In this document: piece after piece, positions 30,133-40,394 of the stretch | Layout of the letters: the number at the start of each line of letters is the position of its first letter | Position numbering within the stretch: the stretch's first letter is position 1 | Assembly: GCA_963703285.1 (NCBI GenBank) | Contig: OY969807.1 | Location: 384,001 to 448,000 of the forward strand | DNA: 64,000 nt | Source: an uncultured Nitrososphaerota archaeon | GTDB taxonomy: Archaea > Thermoproteota > Nitrososphaeria > Nitrososphaerales > Gagatemarchaeaceae | Direction of reading: 5' to 3' | Translations under genes and position numbers: made by a program | Notes under the pieces: model-generated | The model's database searches: none | Told to the model about the DNA's origin: nothing | The model's input: only the letters and a program-made list of their open reading frames with translations

Positions 30133-33100
30133 ATGGGTTATATTCGAAGGCTGGAAGTCAAGGGCTTCAAGTCATTTGGTCCGAAGACCCTTGTCATCAG
30201 CTTCGAGCAGGGCCTCAACGTCGTCACGGGGCCCAACGGGTCCGGCAAGTCCAACATCGCCGACGCGATACTCTTCGCGCTCGGCGAGAACTCTCCCCGG
30301 GTGCTCCGCGCCGCCCAGGGGCGGCTCTCGGGCCTGATATACGACCCCAAGAAGGAGAGCCAGGAGACCTCCTACTCCGAGGAGCGTCCGACGAGCTGCC
30401 GGGCCACCATCCAGTTTGACAACGTCGACCGCAGGATTCCCGTGGACACGGACCTCGTGACCGTATCCAGGGAGCTGCGGAACAACGGCGAGAACATCTA
30501 CTTCCTCAACGGCAAGAGGACCACCAAGGGCGAGATCTCGGACCTGCTGGAGGTCTCGGGGCTCTCGCCGAGCGGTCTGAACATCATTCCGCAGGGCGCG
30601 GCGACCAGGGTCGCCGACCAGACCCCCGACGAGAAGAGGAGGATGATCGAGGAGGTCGTCGGCATATCGCGATTCGACGAGAAGAAGGCAGAGGCGCAGA
30701 AGCAGCTGTACCAGGCAGACACGAAGCTCCAGATAGAGCTCGCGAGGACGGGCGAGATGAAATCGCAGCTGGAGAGGCTCGAGGAGCAGAGGAACGACCT
30801 GATCCGCTACTCCCAGCTCGAGACGCAGGTCGCGTGGCTGACGGCCGTCCAGACGTCCCGCAGGATCCTCGAGCTCAGGGAGAGGCTCGGATCGACGAAG
30901 AGGCAGGAGGACGAGATGCTGCTCAAGCTCGAGGAGGTGAGGAAGAGGAGGGAAGGCTTCGAGTCGAGGATTCTTTCGGTCGGCGCGGAGCGGGAGAAGT
31001 TCATAACCGAGGTGGTCCAGGGCGGCGGCGAAGGCCCCACCCTCCTCAGGGACGAGAGGGAGTCCACCAAGCTGAAGCTGGAGCAACTCACCGCGGAGAT
31101 GCAGAAGAGGGAGGAGAGCATCCGCCGCCTCGAGGCCGAATCCGTGCCCACGCTCAGGACGCTGCTCAACGAGAAGAAGAAGACCATCACGGCTTCGACG
31201 TCTGCGGTCGAGTCGCTGGCCTCCTCCGAGGAGAAGCTCGAGGCGAGGAGGAAGGAGGTCGCGGACCAGCTCGATGAGGTGAGGGATGCAGAGGAGGTCC
31301 TCAGGGCGACCATCGAGAAGAGGAGGAAGCAGGTCGAGAGGATAGCGGAGAAGACGGCCGAGCTGAACCTGGACCTCTCGCCCCTCGAGTCGGAGGCGAA
31401 CGTGGTGAACGCGAACCTCGGCGTGGAGAAGAAGAGGCTCGAGGAGCTGGACTCGAAGATGAAGAGCTTCGGCGAGCTACTCGAGAGGCTGGAGTTGGGC
31501 GCGAAGCAGCTCTTCGAAGTTCAGGGCAGGACCGCGCAGGAGCTCGGCGAGATCGACCAGGACCTGTCCGAGCTCGAGAAGCGGCGTGGCGAGATCAGCA
31601 GGCACATCGAAGCGGCCGGCAGGGTGCTCGAGAAAGCCGCGGGAGAGGTATCGCTCACCACCGTCAAGAAGGAGCTCACCGACGAAATATCCGGGGACAG
31701 GGTCGGACACTCCCGTCTCAGGAAGCTCTGCGAGGAAGGGGGCATCGCCGGGTACGTCGGAGTTCTCAGCCAGCTAGTCGCCTACCCATCGCAGTACTCC
31801 AGGGCGTGTTCAGCCGTGATGGACAGGTGGATGAACGCCTTCGTCGTCGAGGACGTCCGAGCGATGACGGCGGTCATCAGGGCGGGGAAGAGGCTGAACG
31901 TCAAGTCCTTCGCCGTGGTGCCGCTCTCGGTCGTCGCCTCGACGCCCGAGATAGACGTCGAACCTTCGGCCGGGGTTGTCGGCCCGCTCTCCGGGGTGCT
32001 GAGGGCCGACAGACAGTATCGCGGCCTGGTCAACTTCATCGCAGGCGACACGGTGGTCGTCGAGTCGGAGGGGATCGCCTACGCGCTCGCCACCGAGGGC
32101 TTCAGGACCGTGACTGCGGGCGGCGAGATATTCGAGCTAGGAGGAAGGGCCTTCGCCTACGGCCTGCACGACGTCGTCTCGAACATCCTCCAGTCCCTGG
32201 AGGACATTGAGGACACGGGCGAGGTCGAGAGCGCGGTGGCCGCGCTGAAGGCCGCCATAGAGAAGCGCAAGCAGCTGCTCACCAACATGGAGCTCGACGG
32301 CCGAGCGCTCGGCAAGGACCGCGTGAAGAAGATCGCCTCTGTCGCGGCCACGGGGGCGGAGGCGGAGACCATCTCCCGCCTCAGCAAGAGGTACCGCGCC
32401 TTGTTCCGATCGCAGAGGCAGGAGAGGGACAACCAGCAGAAGGTTGTCGACCGGTACCTGCGCAGGCAGCAGACGCTCCAATCCAAGAGGGAGTCCATCA
32501 CCCAGGAGATCAAGACCTTCGAGGTGACGCTGAAGCAGTGGGATGAGCTCGAGCTGGACAGGATGCTCGCCGAGCTCGAGGGGTCGAGGAACGACCTCTC
32601 CCTGCAGCTGAACGAGCTGGTCTCCCGCGTCTCGGACGTCCACCTGTCGTACACGCGCGAGAGGTCGAACCTCGAGGAGATGCTCGAACCATCCTACCAG
32701 AGGGTGAGGGTGGACCTCGAGAACGCGGAGCTCAAGTACGAGGACGACAGGCTCTTCATGCAGAACGGACGGAGGGAGCTGAGCGAGCTTGGCAAGAGGT
32801 TCGCCGACCTCGACGCGCAGCTGCAGAAGGTCCTCTCCTCGTCCGCCAACAGCCAGCCGGTCATAGCCGAGTTCAACACCAAGATCAAGAGGCTCGAGGA
32901 GGAGCGGTCGGCGGCTGAGAGGTCAGCGCTGAACACCGAGAAGGAGATCTTCTCCCTCCAGCAGGCCGCGGGCTCCATCCAGGAGAAGGTCGAGCAGTTC
33001 CTCGGACAGCTGCGCGTCTACGGCTACGATGACGTCCTCGAGGTCTTCGAGGGGAGCGAGCAGATGCTCTCGCAGGTGGAGTTCGAGTTCGAGGGTTTGG

Positions 33101-33705
33101 GCAGGTTCGTGAACAAGAGCGCCGAACGCGAGTACGCCGCGATCTACGACAACTACAGGCACCTCTCGGAGAGGATCAACGAGCTCGAGCGCGAGAGGAC
33201 GTCCATCGTGCGGTTCATCGAGAACATCGACGCGGAGAAGAAGAAGGTCTTCACGTCCGCCTACGAGACCATAAACGCCGAGTTCTCGGCCACCTTCAAG
33301 CGCCTGACGAACGGGGAGGGCCGGCTCGAGCTTGAGAACAAGGAGGACGCCTTCTCGGGAGGAATATTCCTGATGGGCAACTTCCGGGGAAAGGGCGACT
33401 GGGAGTCGTCGTCGATGTCCGGGGGAGAGAAGTCGGTCACGGCGGTCGCCCTGATACTCGCCATCCAGAAGGTCCACCCTCATCCGTTCTACCTCTTCGA
33501 CGAGATCGACCAGAACCTCGACCAGGCCAACTCGAAGAACCTCGCTGAGTTCCTCAGGGAGCGGTCAAACGGGGCCCAGATCATGGTCGTGTCCCTGAAG
33601 GACACGATGGTAGCCCAGAGCAGCGTCACCTACGGCGTCTACGCCGTCGGGGGTGTCTCGAGGATAGTCCGGTCCAAGCTGGAGGTCGAGCTCAAGAGTG
33701 GTTGA
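30133..33705 (+). CDS. smc: Chromosome segregation protein SMC
   Basis: GFKSF, GPNGSGKSN, coiled coils, hinge, SGGEK, FDEID..LD. Confidence 0.97.
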   Translation: MGYIRRLEVKGFKSFGPKTLVISFEQGLNVVTGPNGSGKSNIADAILFALGENSPRVLRAAQGRLSGLIYDPKKESQETSYSEERPTSCRATIQFDNVDRRIPVDTDLVTVSRELRNNGENIYFLNGKRTTKGEISDLLEVSGLSPSGLNIIPQGAATRVADQTPDEKRRMIEEVVGISRFDEKKAEAQKQLYQADTKLQIELARTGEMKSQLERLEEQRNDLIRYSQLETQVAWLTAVQTSRRILELRERLGSTKRQEDEMLLKLEEVRKRREGFESRILSVGAEREKFITEVVQGGGEGPTLLRDERESTKLKLEQLTAEMQKREESIRRLEAESVPTLRTLLNEKKKTITASTSAVESLASSEEKLEARRKEVADQLDEVRDAEEVLRATIEKRRKQVERIAEKTAELNLDLSPLESEANVVNANLGVEKKRLEELDSKMKSFGELLERLELGAKQLFEVQGRTAQELGEIDQDLSELEKRRGEISRHIEAAGRVLEKAAGEVSLTTVKKELTDEISGDRVGHSRLRKLCEEGGIAGYVGVLSQLVAYPSQYSRACSAVMDRWMNAFVVEDVRAMTAVIRAGKRLNVKSFAVVPLSVVASTPEIDVEPSAGVVGPLSGVLRADRQYRGLVNFIAGDTVVVESEGIAYALATEGFRTVTAGGEIFELGGRAFAYGLHDVVSNILQSLEDIEDTGEVESAVAALKAAIEKRKQLLTNMELDGRALGKDRVKKIASVAATGAEAETISRLSKRYRALFRSQRQERDNQQKVVDRYLRRQQTLQSKRESITQEIKTFEVTLKQWDELELDRMLAELEGSRNDLSLQLNELVSRVSDVHLSYTRERSNLEEMLEPSYQRVRVDLENAELKYEDDRLFMQNGRRELSELGKRFADLDAQLQKVLSSSANSQPVIAEFNTKIKRLEEERSAAERSALNTEKEIFSLQQAAGSIQEKVEQFLGQLRVYGYDDVLEVFEGSEQMLSQVEFEFEGLGRFVNKSAEREYAAIYDNYRHLSERINELERERTSIVRFIENIDAEKKKVFTSAYETINAEFSATFKRLTNGEGRLELENKEDAFSGGIFLMGNFRGKGDWESSSMSGGEKSVTAVALILAIQKVHPHPFYLFDEIDQNLDQANSKNLAEFLRERSNGAQIMVVSLKDTMVAQSSVTYGVYAVGGVSRIVRSKLEVELKSG

Positions 33706-34351
33706 AGACGAGTCGCTGTCGCGGCCGCCGCTGAACCTGCTGATCGACCCCAGGGCCGCGAAGAGGCAGAGCCCCTGGGAGATACACATAACCGAGCTGC
33801 TCGACCTCTTCCTCAAGGCGATCACGCGGTCGGAGATTCTGGACCTCAGGGTAGCGGGGACCGCCGCGGTGACGTCCGCCACGATCTACCGGTTCAAGGT
33901 CGAGTCGCTCTTCCTCTTCGAGAGGCTCCAGAGGGAGAGGAGGATCGTAGACACGACGGAGCCCCCCCAGATCGTCGTGATGCCCTTCCGGTACGAGATT
34001 TACTCCACGACGGTCGACGAGCTCTTCGAGGCCCTCTCGCGGATCCTGGAGGAGATTGTCGTCCACGAGAGGGAGGAGAGCACCGTCTCCACCTCGCTGC
34101 TCGACGATTCGCCTCCACCGAACCCCGAGGAGTACCTCATAACCATCCTCTCGAACCTGCAGGCCTTCAAGGCCATCCTCCGGGACAGGATCGGGGAGCT
34201 CGGACGGATCAAGTTCTCGGACCTGGTCCGGGGGATGCCCGTGGTCGAGGCGGCGCGGACGTTCATCCTCCTCCTCTTCTCCGCCAGCGGCGGGGAGGTG
34301 GTCCTGGAGCAGGACGGCGAAGAAGACTTCCTCGTGATTCTGGTGGGCTGA
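33698..34351 (+). CDS. scpA: Kleisin ScpA
   Basis: PWEIHI..L...FL; ARTFILLLF; follows smc. Confidence 0.88.
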   Translation: MVEDESLSRPPLNLLIDPRAAKRQSPWEIHITELLDLFLKAITRSEILDLRVAGTAAVTSATIYRFKVESLFLFERLQRERRIVDTTEPPQIVVMPFRYEIYSTTVDELFEALSRILEEIVVHEREESTVSTSLLDDSPPPNPEEYLITILSNLQAFKAILRDRIGELGRIKFSDLVRGMPVVEAARTFILLLFSASGGEVVLEQDGEEDFLVILVG

Positions 34352-34352
34352 C

Positions 34353-34877
34353 TTGAGCGAAGCGGCCAGGGACGTCCGTGCGAGGATAGAGGCGGCGCTC
34401 TACTCTTCGGGCAGGGCGCTCGACGCAGAGCAGCTCGCGAACGCGGCGGGGATATCGTCGAAGAGGCGCGCCACCGAGGAGGCGAAGGCGATAGCCGCGA
34501 GCCTCAAGTCTGCCCTCTCGGCCGTCGAGATAGTCGAGTACCCGGGGCCCAGGTTCGCGATGCAGCTCAAGGCGGAGTACACGAGCGTCGCCCGCAGGTT
34601 CGCCACGAAGCCGCTCCTCTCGAAGGCCGCCCTCAGGACGCTCTCCTTCATCGCGTACTTCCAGCCGATCTCCAGCTCCGACCTCGCCGCCAGGAGGAGC
34701 TCGTCGGTCTACGAGCACGTCAAGGACCTAGAGGAGGTCGGCTTCCTGGTGTGGGAGAGGAAGGGCCGCAGTAAGCTCTACAGGACCACCCCCGAGTTCG
34801 CGGAGTACTTCGGGCTCAGCACGGACGTACCGACCCTGAAGCATCAGCTCGAGAGACGGACCATGATACTGCGGTAG
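34353..34877 (+). CDS. scpB: ScpB
   Basis: IEAALY, LSKAALRTLSFIAYFQPI, YRTT.EFAEYFG. Confidence 0.93.
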   Translation: MSEAARDVRARIEAALYSSGRALDAEQLANAAGISSKRRATEEAKAIAASLKSALSAVEIVEYPGPRFAMQLKAEYTSVARRFATKPLLSKAALRTLSFIAYFQPISSSDLAARRSSSVYEHVKDLEEVGFLVWERKGRSKLYRTTPEFAEYFGLSTDVPTLKHQLERRTMILR

Positions 34878-34976
34878 CCGTCCCCTCCAGACAGTGCGGA
34901 TGGGAGGACGCCAGGCTGATCCCTCAAGAGAAAGCCTTAACACCTCCCGCTGGGCCGCCGGTCAAGGTTTCCACAC

Positions 34977-35360
34977 ATGGTCAAGGCCGTCGAGAACCTC
35001 AGGAAGAAGAAGCTCACCGGAGGGAAGAGGAGGCCGAACCGCTCCCGAAGGGCGTTCGAGGCCGACGACTATCCCTTCGAGCCGGTGGTCGGCGAGACCG
35101 TAAGGTCCCCGAAGAGGACTAGGGGAGGCACGCTCTCCTACGGGCTCCGCTCGGCGTCGGAGGCAAACGTCTGCGACGCCTCCACCGGGAAGACGGTGAA
35201 GAGCAAGATAATCCGCGTCTCGGCCAACAAGGCAAACAGGGAGTACGAGCGGAGGGGCGTCATAACGAAGGGAGCGGTCATCGAGACGGAGCTTGGGAGC
35301 GCGAGGGTGACCTCGAGACCGAGCGACGATGGCGTCGTCAACGCGGTGCTCATCAAGTGA
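34977..35360 (+). CDS. rps8e: Ribosomal protein S8e
   Basis: KKKLTGG, RTRGG, ITKGAVIET, ARVTSRP..DGVVNAVL. Confidence 0.96.
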   Translation: MVKAVENLRKKKLTGGKRRPNRSRRAFEADDYPFEPVVGETVRSPKRTRGGTLSYGLRSASEANVCDASTGKTVKSKIIRVSANKANREYERRGVITKGAVIETELGSARVTSRPSDDGVVNAVLIK

Positions 35361-35361
35361 C

Positions 35362-35682
35362 TTGAAGTCCTACGACAGGTTCGTTGTCTGGCTGGATTAC
35401 CTCGATTCGGAGAGAAAACGGTCCGAGGGGAGGCGCGTCCCCCTCAACTCGTGCTCCCGCGCTCCCACGCTCGACGAGCTGACGCTCGCCTGCGCCAGGC
35501 TGAACCTCCACCCCGAACCCCAGGTTGCGAGGTTCCCCTCCGCGGCCTCGCGGATATCGGGTTACGTCTCGGTCGACAAGAGGTCGAGGAAGCAGCCCGA
35601 ACTCATGCAGATCTCGCGCGAGCTCTCGAAGGTCAAGGGCGAGAGGGCCGCCGGCCAAGGAAAACTTAAAGGCAAGTCCTAG
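35362..35682 (+). CDS. srp19: Signal recognition particle subunit SRP19
   Basis: VVW..YLD....RSEGRRVP, PT..EL; TTG start at 35362. Confidence 0.9.
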   Translation: MKSYDRFVVWLDYLDSERKRSEGRRVPLNSCSRAPTLDELTLACARLNLHPEPQVARFPSAASRISGYVSVDKRSRKQPELMQISRELSKVKGERAAGQGKLKGKS

Positions 35683-35697
35683 TCATTCCGCTCCTAC

Positions 35698-35919
35698 ATG
35701 CGAGAGGTAGGGGAGGTTCTTCACACTGCCCGAAGCGGGCGCATAATACTTCGCCTCGAGGGCGAGGTTCCTGCGGGGACGGTTCTCCTCGATTCGAAGG
35801 GGAGGAACGCCGCGAAGGTGATGGAACTCCTCGGTCCGGTCGCGAAGCCGTACGCGTCTGCGATACCCGGGTCCTCGAAGTTCGGGACGAAGGGACAGAA
35901 GGCCTACCTCTCAGGGTAG
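35698..35919 (+). CDS. gar1: H/ACA RNP protein Gar1
   Basis: G.VLH.A.SG, V.EL.GPV.KPY; conserved rps8e-srp19-gar1-tfb order. Confidence 0.88.
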   Translation: MREVGEVLHTARSGRIILRLEGEVPAGTVLLDSKGRNAAKVMELLGPVAKPYASAIPGSSKFGTKGQKAYLSG

Positions 35920-35930
35920 GGCAGACGCAC

Positions 35931-36875
35931 ATGTGGGAGACCAGAGCCGACGAAGGGCTTTTCCGGATTTACTGCCCCAACTGTGGCAACAGGCTCATCG
36001 GTGACTCGGAGAAGGGCGAGCAGGTCTGCCCCTCCTGCGGCTACGTGACCAGCGCTCCGGAGGACGAGGGCCCGGAGTGGAAGGCGGTGGACCTCGAAGA
36101 GAAGAGCAAGCGCGTCCGCGTCGGTTCGCCGACCACGCTCACGCTCCACGACCTGGGCCTCTCGACCGACATAAGCATGGAGATGCGCGACTCCCACGGG
36201 AAGTACCTCGACCCGACCATGCGCGCCACCGTGGAGAAGATGAAGAAGTGGCAGAGTCGGATACGGACCAGCAACAGCCAGGAGCGCGGGCTCTCGATAG
36301 TTCTGGCGAGGATCACCGAGGTCTGCGACAACCTGTCCCTTCCCAAGAACGTGGCCGAGACGGCGGCCCACATCTATCGCACCTCCGTCAGGCTGAAGGT
36401 CGCCAAGAGCAAGTCGATAATGGGGATGACCGCGGCGGTGGTACTTCTCGCGTGCAGGAAGTGCGGCGTGAGCAGGACCCTGAAGGAGGTCGCTAGGGCG
36501 GCCGGTATCGAGAAGGGCGCCGCGGCGAAGTACTTCAGGCTGATTCTGAAGGACGTGGAGAAGGACTACGTGCCCCCGCCGTCCGTCGAGAAGCACATCT
36601 CCAAGCTAGTGAACCTTGCCAAGATAGACCCCAGGGTCGAGCACCTCGCGCTGTACCTCTCCCGTTCGACCAACGACTCGAAGATCTCGAGCGGCAAGGC
36701 CCCCGCGGGGTTGGCCGCGGCGTACGTCTACATGTCGTGCGTGATGCGCGGCGAGCACCTGCCCCAGAGGGAGATAGCAGAGTTCGCCGAGGTGACCGAG
36801 GTGACCGTCAGGAACAGGTGCAGGGAGCTACTAGACAACTACATAATAAGGCAGAAACTGGGGTCGGCGGAATAG
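35931..36875 (+). CDS. tfb: Transcription initiation factor IIB
   Basis: CPNCG...CPSCG ribbon, GPEW, HDLGLST, two cyclin repeats, VTEVTVRNR. Confidence 0.96.
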   Translation: MWETRADEGLFRIYCPNCGNRLIGDSEKGEQVCPSCGYVTSAPEDEGPEWKAVDLEEKSKRVRVGSPTTLTLHDLGLSTDISMEMRDSHGKYLDPTMRATVEKMKKWQSRIRTSNSQERGLSIVLARITEVCDNLSLPKNVAETAAHIYRTSVRLKVAKSKSIMGMTAAVVLLACRKCGVSRTLKEVARAAGIEKGAAAKYFRLILKDVEKDYVPPPSVEKHISKLVNLAKIDPRVEHLALYLSRSTNDSKISSGKAPAGLAAAYVYMSCVMRGEHLPQREIAEFAEVTEVTVRNRCRELLDNYIIRQKLGSAE

Positions 36876-37370
36876 TTGGAAAGGAAGAAGAGCTCGACGC
36901 AGACGAAGACGGAGAAGCCGGCCAAGGCGGAGAAGGAGGCTAGCCAGAAGCCCCCGCGCCCCGCGGGCCTGGCCGAGAAGACTGAGGAGGAGCTCGTCGA
37001 CCTGACCTCGAGGGTCTACAAGCTCGTCGTGGAGAGAGGCAAGGACGGGGTGCTCCAGAGCGAGATATGGAAGGAGCTCGGGCTCACGAGCAGGGACGGC
37101 TCGAGGCTGGCGATAAGGCTGGAGAAGAGGGGCATGATAAAGAGGGTCAAGGTCCTCGACGACGGAAGGTGGACGTACAAGCTCACCCCGCTGCGACTGC
37201 CCGCCAACATCTCGTCGATGGAGTCGGCCCCGTGCATCGTCTGCCCGGTGGAGGGCAAGTGCTCCGTGACCACCGAGGTCAATCCGTTCACATGCCCGCT
37301 GTTGGGGCCCTGGGTTGTGAAGGAGCACAAGGACTCCCTCGTGATGGTCACCGTCGCGCAAGTCGCCTAG
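36876..37370 (+). CDS. RPC34/C39-like protein (TFE-beta homolog): winged helix plus Cys cluster
   Basis: GVLQSEIWKELGL.SR.GSR winged helix; PCIVCP....C......P..CP Fe-S motif; next to tfb. Confidence 0.8.
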   Translation: MERKKSSTQTKTEKPAKAEKEASQKPPRPAGLAEKTEEELVDLTSRVYKLVVERGKDGVLQSEIWKELGLTSRDGSRLAIRLEKRGMIKRVKVLDDGRWTYKLTPLRLPANISSMESAPCIVCPVEGKCSVTTEVNPFTCPLLGPWVVKEHKDSLVMVTVAQVA

Positions 37371-37376
37371 GGCGCC

Positions 37377-37973
37377 ATGAGGCTATCAGAGGCCCGCAGG
37401 GACTACTACCGCAGGCGGGCAAAGGAAGAGGGGTACAAGAGCAGGGCCGCCTACAAGCTCCTCGAGGCAATCAAGAAGTACGGGCTCATCAGGCCGGGCG
37501 AGAGGGTCATTGACCTCGGGGCGGCACCAGGCGGATGGCTCCAGGTCGCATCCAAGGCCGCCGGCCCGACGGGGATGGTCGTCGGGGTCGACATCTCCCC
37601 CATCAGGGTAGAGATGGAGAACGTCCGCACCCTGAGGATGGACGTCAACGACCCCGGGCTGCCGGCGGCCATCAGTGACCTCCTGAAGCGACCGGCCGAC
37701 GTCCTTCTCTCCGACATCTCCCCCCGGATCTCAGGCGTCTGGGACCTCGACCAGTACAAGCAGATCGAGCTCACGATAAGGTCCATCTCGATGGGAGACG
37801 AGCTCCTCAGGGTGGGCGGGAAGGCGATGTTCAAGGTCTTCCAGGGCGAGCGCTTCAAGGAGGCTGAGGAGGCGGCGCGAAGTCGTTTCGAGTTCGTTGC
37901 CATCATGAAGCCCCTGGCCAGCAGGACCGAGAGCTCCGAGATGTACCTCCTCTGCCTAAAGCGGCGCGCGTGA
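37377..37973 (+). CDS. rlmE: 23S rRNA 2'-O-methyltransferase RlmE/FtsJ
   Basis: GYKSRAAYKL, DLGAAPGGW, KVFQG, KP.ASR.ESSE.Y. Confidence 0.95.
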   Translation: MRLSEARRDYYRRRAKEEGYKSRAAYKLLEAIKKYGLIRPGERVIDLGAAPGGWLQVASKAAGPTGMVVGVDISPIRVEMENVRTLRMDVNDPGLPAAISDLLKRPADVLLSDISPRISGVWDLDQYKQIELTIRSISMGDELLRVGGKAMFKVFQGERFKEAEEAARSRFEFVAIMKPLASRTESSEMYLLCLKRRA

Positions 37974-39131
37974 TGCCTCGCGCAGCGCGGAGGAGAACTG
38001 TTCGTAGCTCGCGTCCGTCTTGATCCCACCCCCTTCGAAGGGCTGACCGGCCGCCGCGAAGCCCGCGTTCTCGAGGGCCTCCAGGGCCCTGCGGGCCGAG
38101 ACGGAGGGTATCCTCATCCTGGAGCACGCGCGCTCCGTGGAGTAGCTGTATGGTGGGAAGCGGTCCACGTTCCGTAGCGAGACAAGTGTGCCCGCCGCGT
38201 CCGTCCACCCCCTGCTCTCCGAGAACCCGGCAGCGCCGTCCACGACCTCGTTGTCGAGGAGGCCCCCGGTCCAGAGGGGTCCGGCCGAGTGCACTCTGGA
38301 CCCGCACCGCGGACAGCGCTGGAGCGACGTCGGGCCTTCGGAGCGGTCGCCGCAGGCGTTGCACTGCGTGACGTAGCCGATGGATCTTACCGACCCGTCC
38401 GCGGCCTTCGCGCCCCTCCTCACCCTGAAGAAGACTCGAAGGTAGTGCAGCGTGCTGTGGGCCGCGACCGGCTCAATCCCGATGTCGTTGATGCCGCCCA
38501 TCCGGGCCGCGAACCCCAGGAGTATCCTGAGTCCGGTCTCGTGCACGTATTCGCTGCGGACGGCCAGCGCACCGTACCTCCTCAGCGATACCGCGGGGTA
38601 GACGCCGCAGAGGACCGCGGCGTCTGTCGCCGTCACCGACAGCATCGCCCCGTCCGAGGCCGCCATGGTTGCGGCGAGCACCAAGGGCGCGGGCGTGCCG
38701 AACGGGTCCACGTCGACGGCGTCGAACTTCTCCTGCCTCTCGAACCTCGAGGCGAGGAACCTGGCGGACTCTCCGTGCACCACGGTGCACCTGCCGCCGA
38801 GGCGGTTCCTACGGACGCTCCTCCTCGCGACGGCGAGCGAGGGCTCGCTGAAATCTAGGAGCGTCACACGGACGTCGCGGGACGACTCCTTGGCGATACG
38901 AAGCCCCCTCGCCCCCGTGGCCGCGAGGGCGTCGAGGTATGTGGCGGGCCTCGTGACCGCGGCTACCGCCACGGAGATGTCCCTGTTCGTCCTCGCGGCG
39001 GGGTTGAAGAAGACGGGATGCGTGGGGGGCAGCCTCCCACCGAGGCTCGCGGCGGGAACGTACAGCTCAGTCTCACCCTCGGTGACGAGCTCGAGCTTCG
39101 GAAGCACGACGCCGGGCAGGCGGTGAAGCAT
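37956..39131 (-). CDS. trm1: tRNA (guanine26-N2)-dimethyltransferase
   Basis: VFFNP....NRD, ATGARGLR, DVDPFGTP, VTATD, GPLWTG. Confidence 0.93.
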   Translation of the reverse strand: MLHRLPGVVLPKLELVTEGETELYVPAASLGGRLPPTHPVFFNPAARTNRDISVAVAAVTRPATYLDALAATGARGLRIAKESSRDVRVTLLDFSEPSLAVARRSVRRNRLGGRCTVVHGESARFLASRFERQEKFDAVDVDPFGTPAPLVLAATMAASDGAMLSVTATDAAVLCGVYPAVSLRRYGALAVRSEYVHETGLRILLGFAARMGGINDIGIEPVAAHSTLHYLRVFFRVRRGAKAADGSVRSIGYVTQCNACGDRSEGPTSLQRCPRCGSRVHSAGPLWTGGLLDNEVVDGAAGFSESRGWTDAAGTLVSLRNVDRFPPYSYSTERACSRMRIPSVSARRALEALENAGFAAAGQPFEGGGIKTDASYEQFSSALREASRAPL

Positions 39132-39159
39132 TTAAGCCGAACCAGGCGCTGGACTGCCG

Positions 39160-39732
39160 TTGTCCACCCGCGTTCGAGCCTGGATCCTCTCCGGGCCACC
39201 GGGTATCGGCAAGTCCACGGTCGTCTCCAGGGTCATCTACCTCGTCCGCTCGAAGGGGTACGGGGTCGGCGGGTGCCTAACGAGGGAGAGGAGGCGGGGA
39301 AGGGAGCGGGTCGGATTCACGATAATCGACCTCATGACGGGCATCGAGGCGCCGCTCGCCTCCTCCGACAGCTCCCTGGGCCCCAGAGTAGGCCGCTACC
39401 GGGTGGACGTCAAGGGGCTCGCCGAGATCGGGGCGGGCGCTCTCCGCAGGGCCGCCGGGGGCGCCGACCTGATAGTCATCGACGAGGTAGGTCCCATGGA
39501 GCTGACGAGCCCGGAGTTCAGGAGGGCCGTCGAGAGTTGCCTAGGCTCGGGTAGGCCGATCCTCGCCGTCGTCCACGAGATGATGAAGGACCCCCTCATA
39601 GACTCGATTCGCTCGCTCCCCGAGAAGGAGACGACGGAGGTCACCCTCCACAACAGGGAGTCTCTCGCGGAGTCCCTCTCGCGGCAGATCCTGGACGCCC
39701 TCTCCCTGCGTGAGCAACGACCGGAGTCCTGA
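39160..39732 (+). CDS. Nucleoside triphosphatase (THEP1/NTPase_1)
   Basis: GPPGIGKST, RVGF, VGRY.V, VIDEVGPMEL. Confidence 0.92.
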   Translation: MSTRVRAWILSGPPGIGKSTVVSRVIYLVRSKGYGVGGCLTRERRRGRERVGFTIIDLMTGIEAPLASSDSSLGPRVGRYRVDVKGLAEIGAGALRRAAGGADLIVIDEVGPMELTSPEFRRAVESCLGSGRPILAVVHEMMKDPLIDSIRSLPEKETTEVTLHNRESLAESLSRQILDALSLREQRPES

Positions 39733-39734
39733 GG

Positions 39735-40394
39735 ATGGCGTCCCGCGACAGGGTTGGGGGGATCGACGAGGCGGGACGCGGATCCGTCGTCGGTCCGCTT
39801 GTCGTGGCCGGAGTCTCGGCGAGCGCCGGGGCCCTGGATCGTCTCCAGGAGCTGGGAGTGAAGGACTCCAAGCTGCTAACGAGGCGGAGGAGGTCGTCCC
39901 TCTACGAGGACATCAGGAGCCACTGCGACGTGGTCGTCTTCCTCCCAATCCACCCGCCCGAGATCGACAGGTACGTGATTTACGGTCGCAGGCTGCGGAA
40001 GCTCAACTTCCTCGAGGCTATACACATGGCGAGGATAATACCCCTCCTCTCGGTGGATCAGGTCTTCGTCGACGCGCCTGACACCAACCCCTCGCGGTTC
40101 GCTTCGGAGCTGTCTGCGATGCTCGACCCCTGTCCGAAGATAGTGGCGGAGCACAGGGCCGACAGGAACTACGTCGTCGTCTCGGCCGCATCCATAGTCG
40201 CGAAGGTCGAGCGGGACCGCGCCGTGGAGCTGCTCCGGGCGGAGAACGGCGAGTTCGGGTCGGGGTACCCCTCGGACGCAGAGACCATAGCCTATCTCAG
40301 GAGCTGGGTCGAGAGGGAGGGGGCCATCCCGTCCTTCGCGAGGAGGTCTTGGAAGACTTGGGACAGGATTCTTACCCTCACGCTCTCTCCCTAG
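39735..40394 (+). CDS. rnhB: Ribonuclease HII
   Basis: GIDEAGRG...GPLV, DSK.L, VSAASIVAKV.RD, GSGYPSD. Confidence 0.96.
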   Translation: MASRDRVGGIDEAGRGSVVGPLVVAGVSASAGALDRLQELGVKDSKLLTRRRRSSLYEDIRSHCDVVVFLPIHPPEIDRYVIYGRRLRKLNFLEAIHMARIIPLLSVDQVFVDAPDTNPSRFASELSAMLDPCPKIVAEHRADRNYVVVSAASIVAKVERDRAVELLRAENGEFGSGYPSDAETIAYLRSWVEREGAIPSFARRSWKTWDRILTLTLSP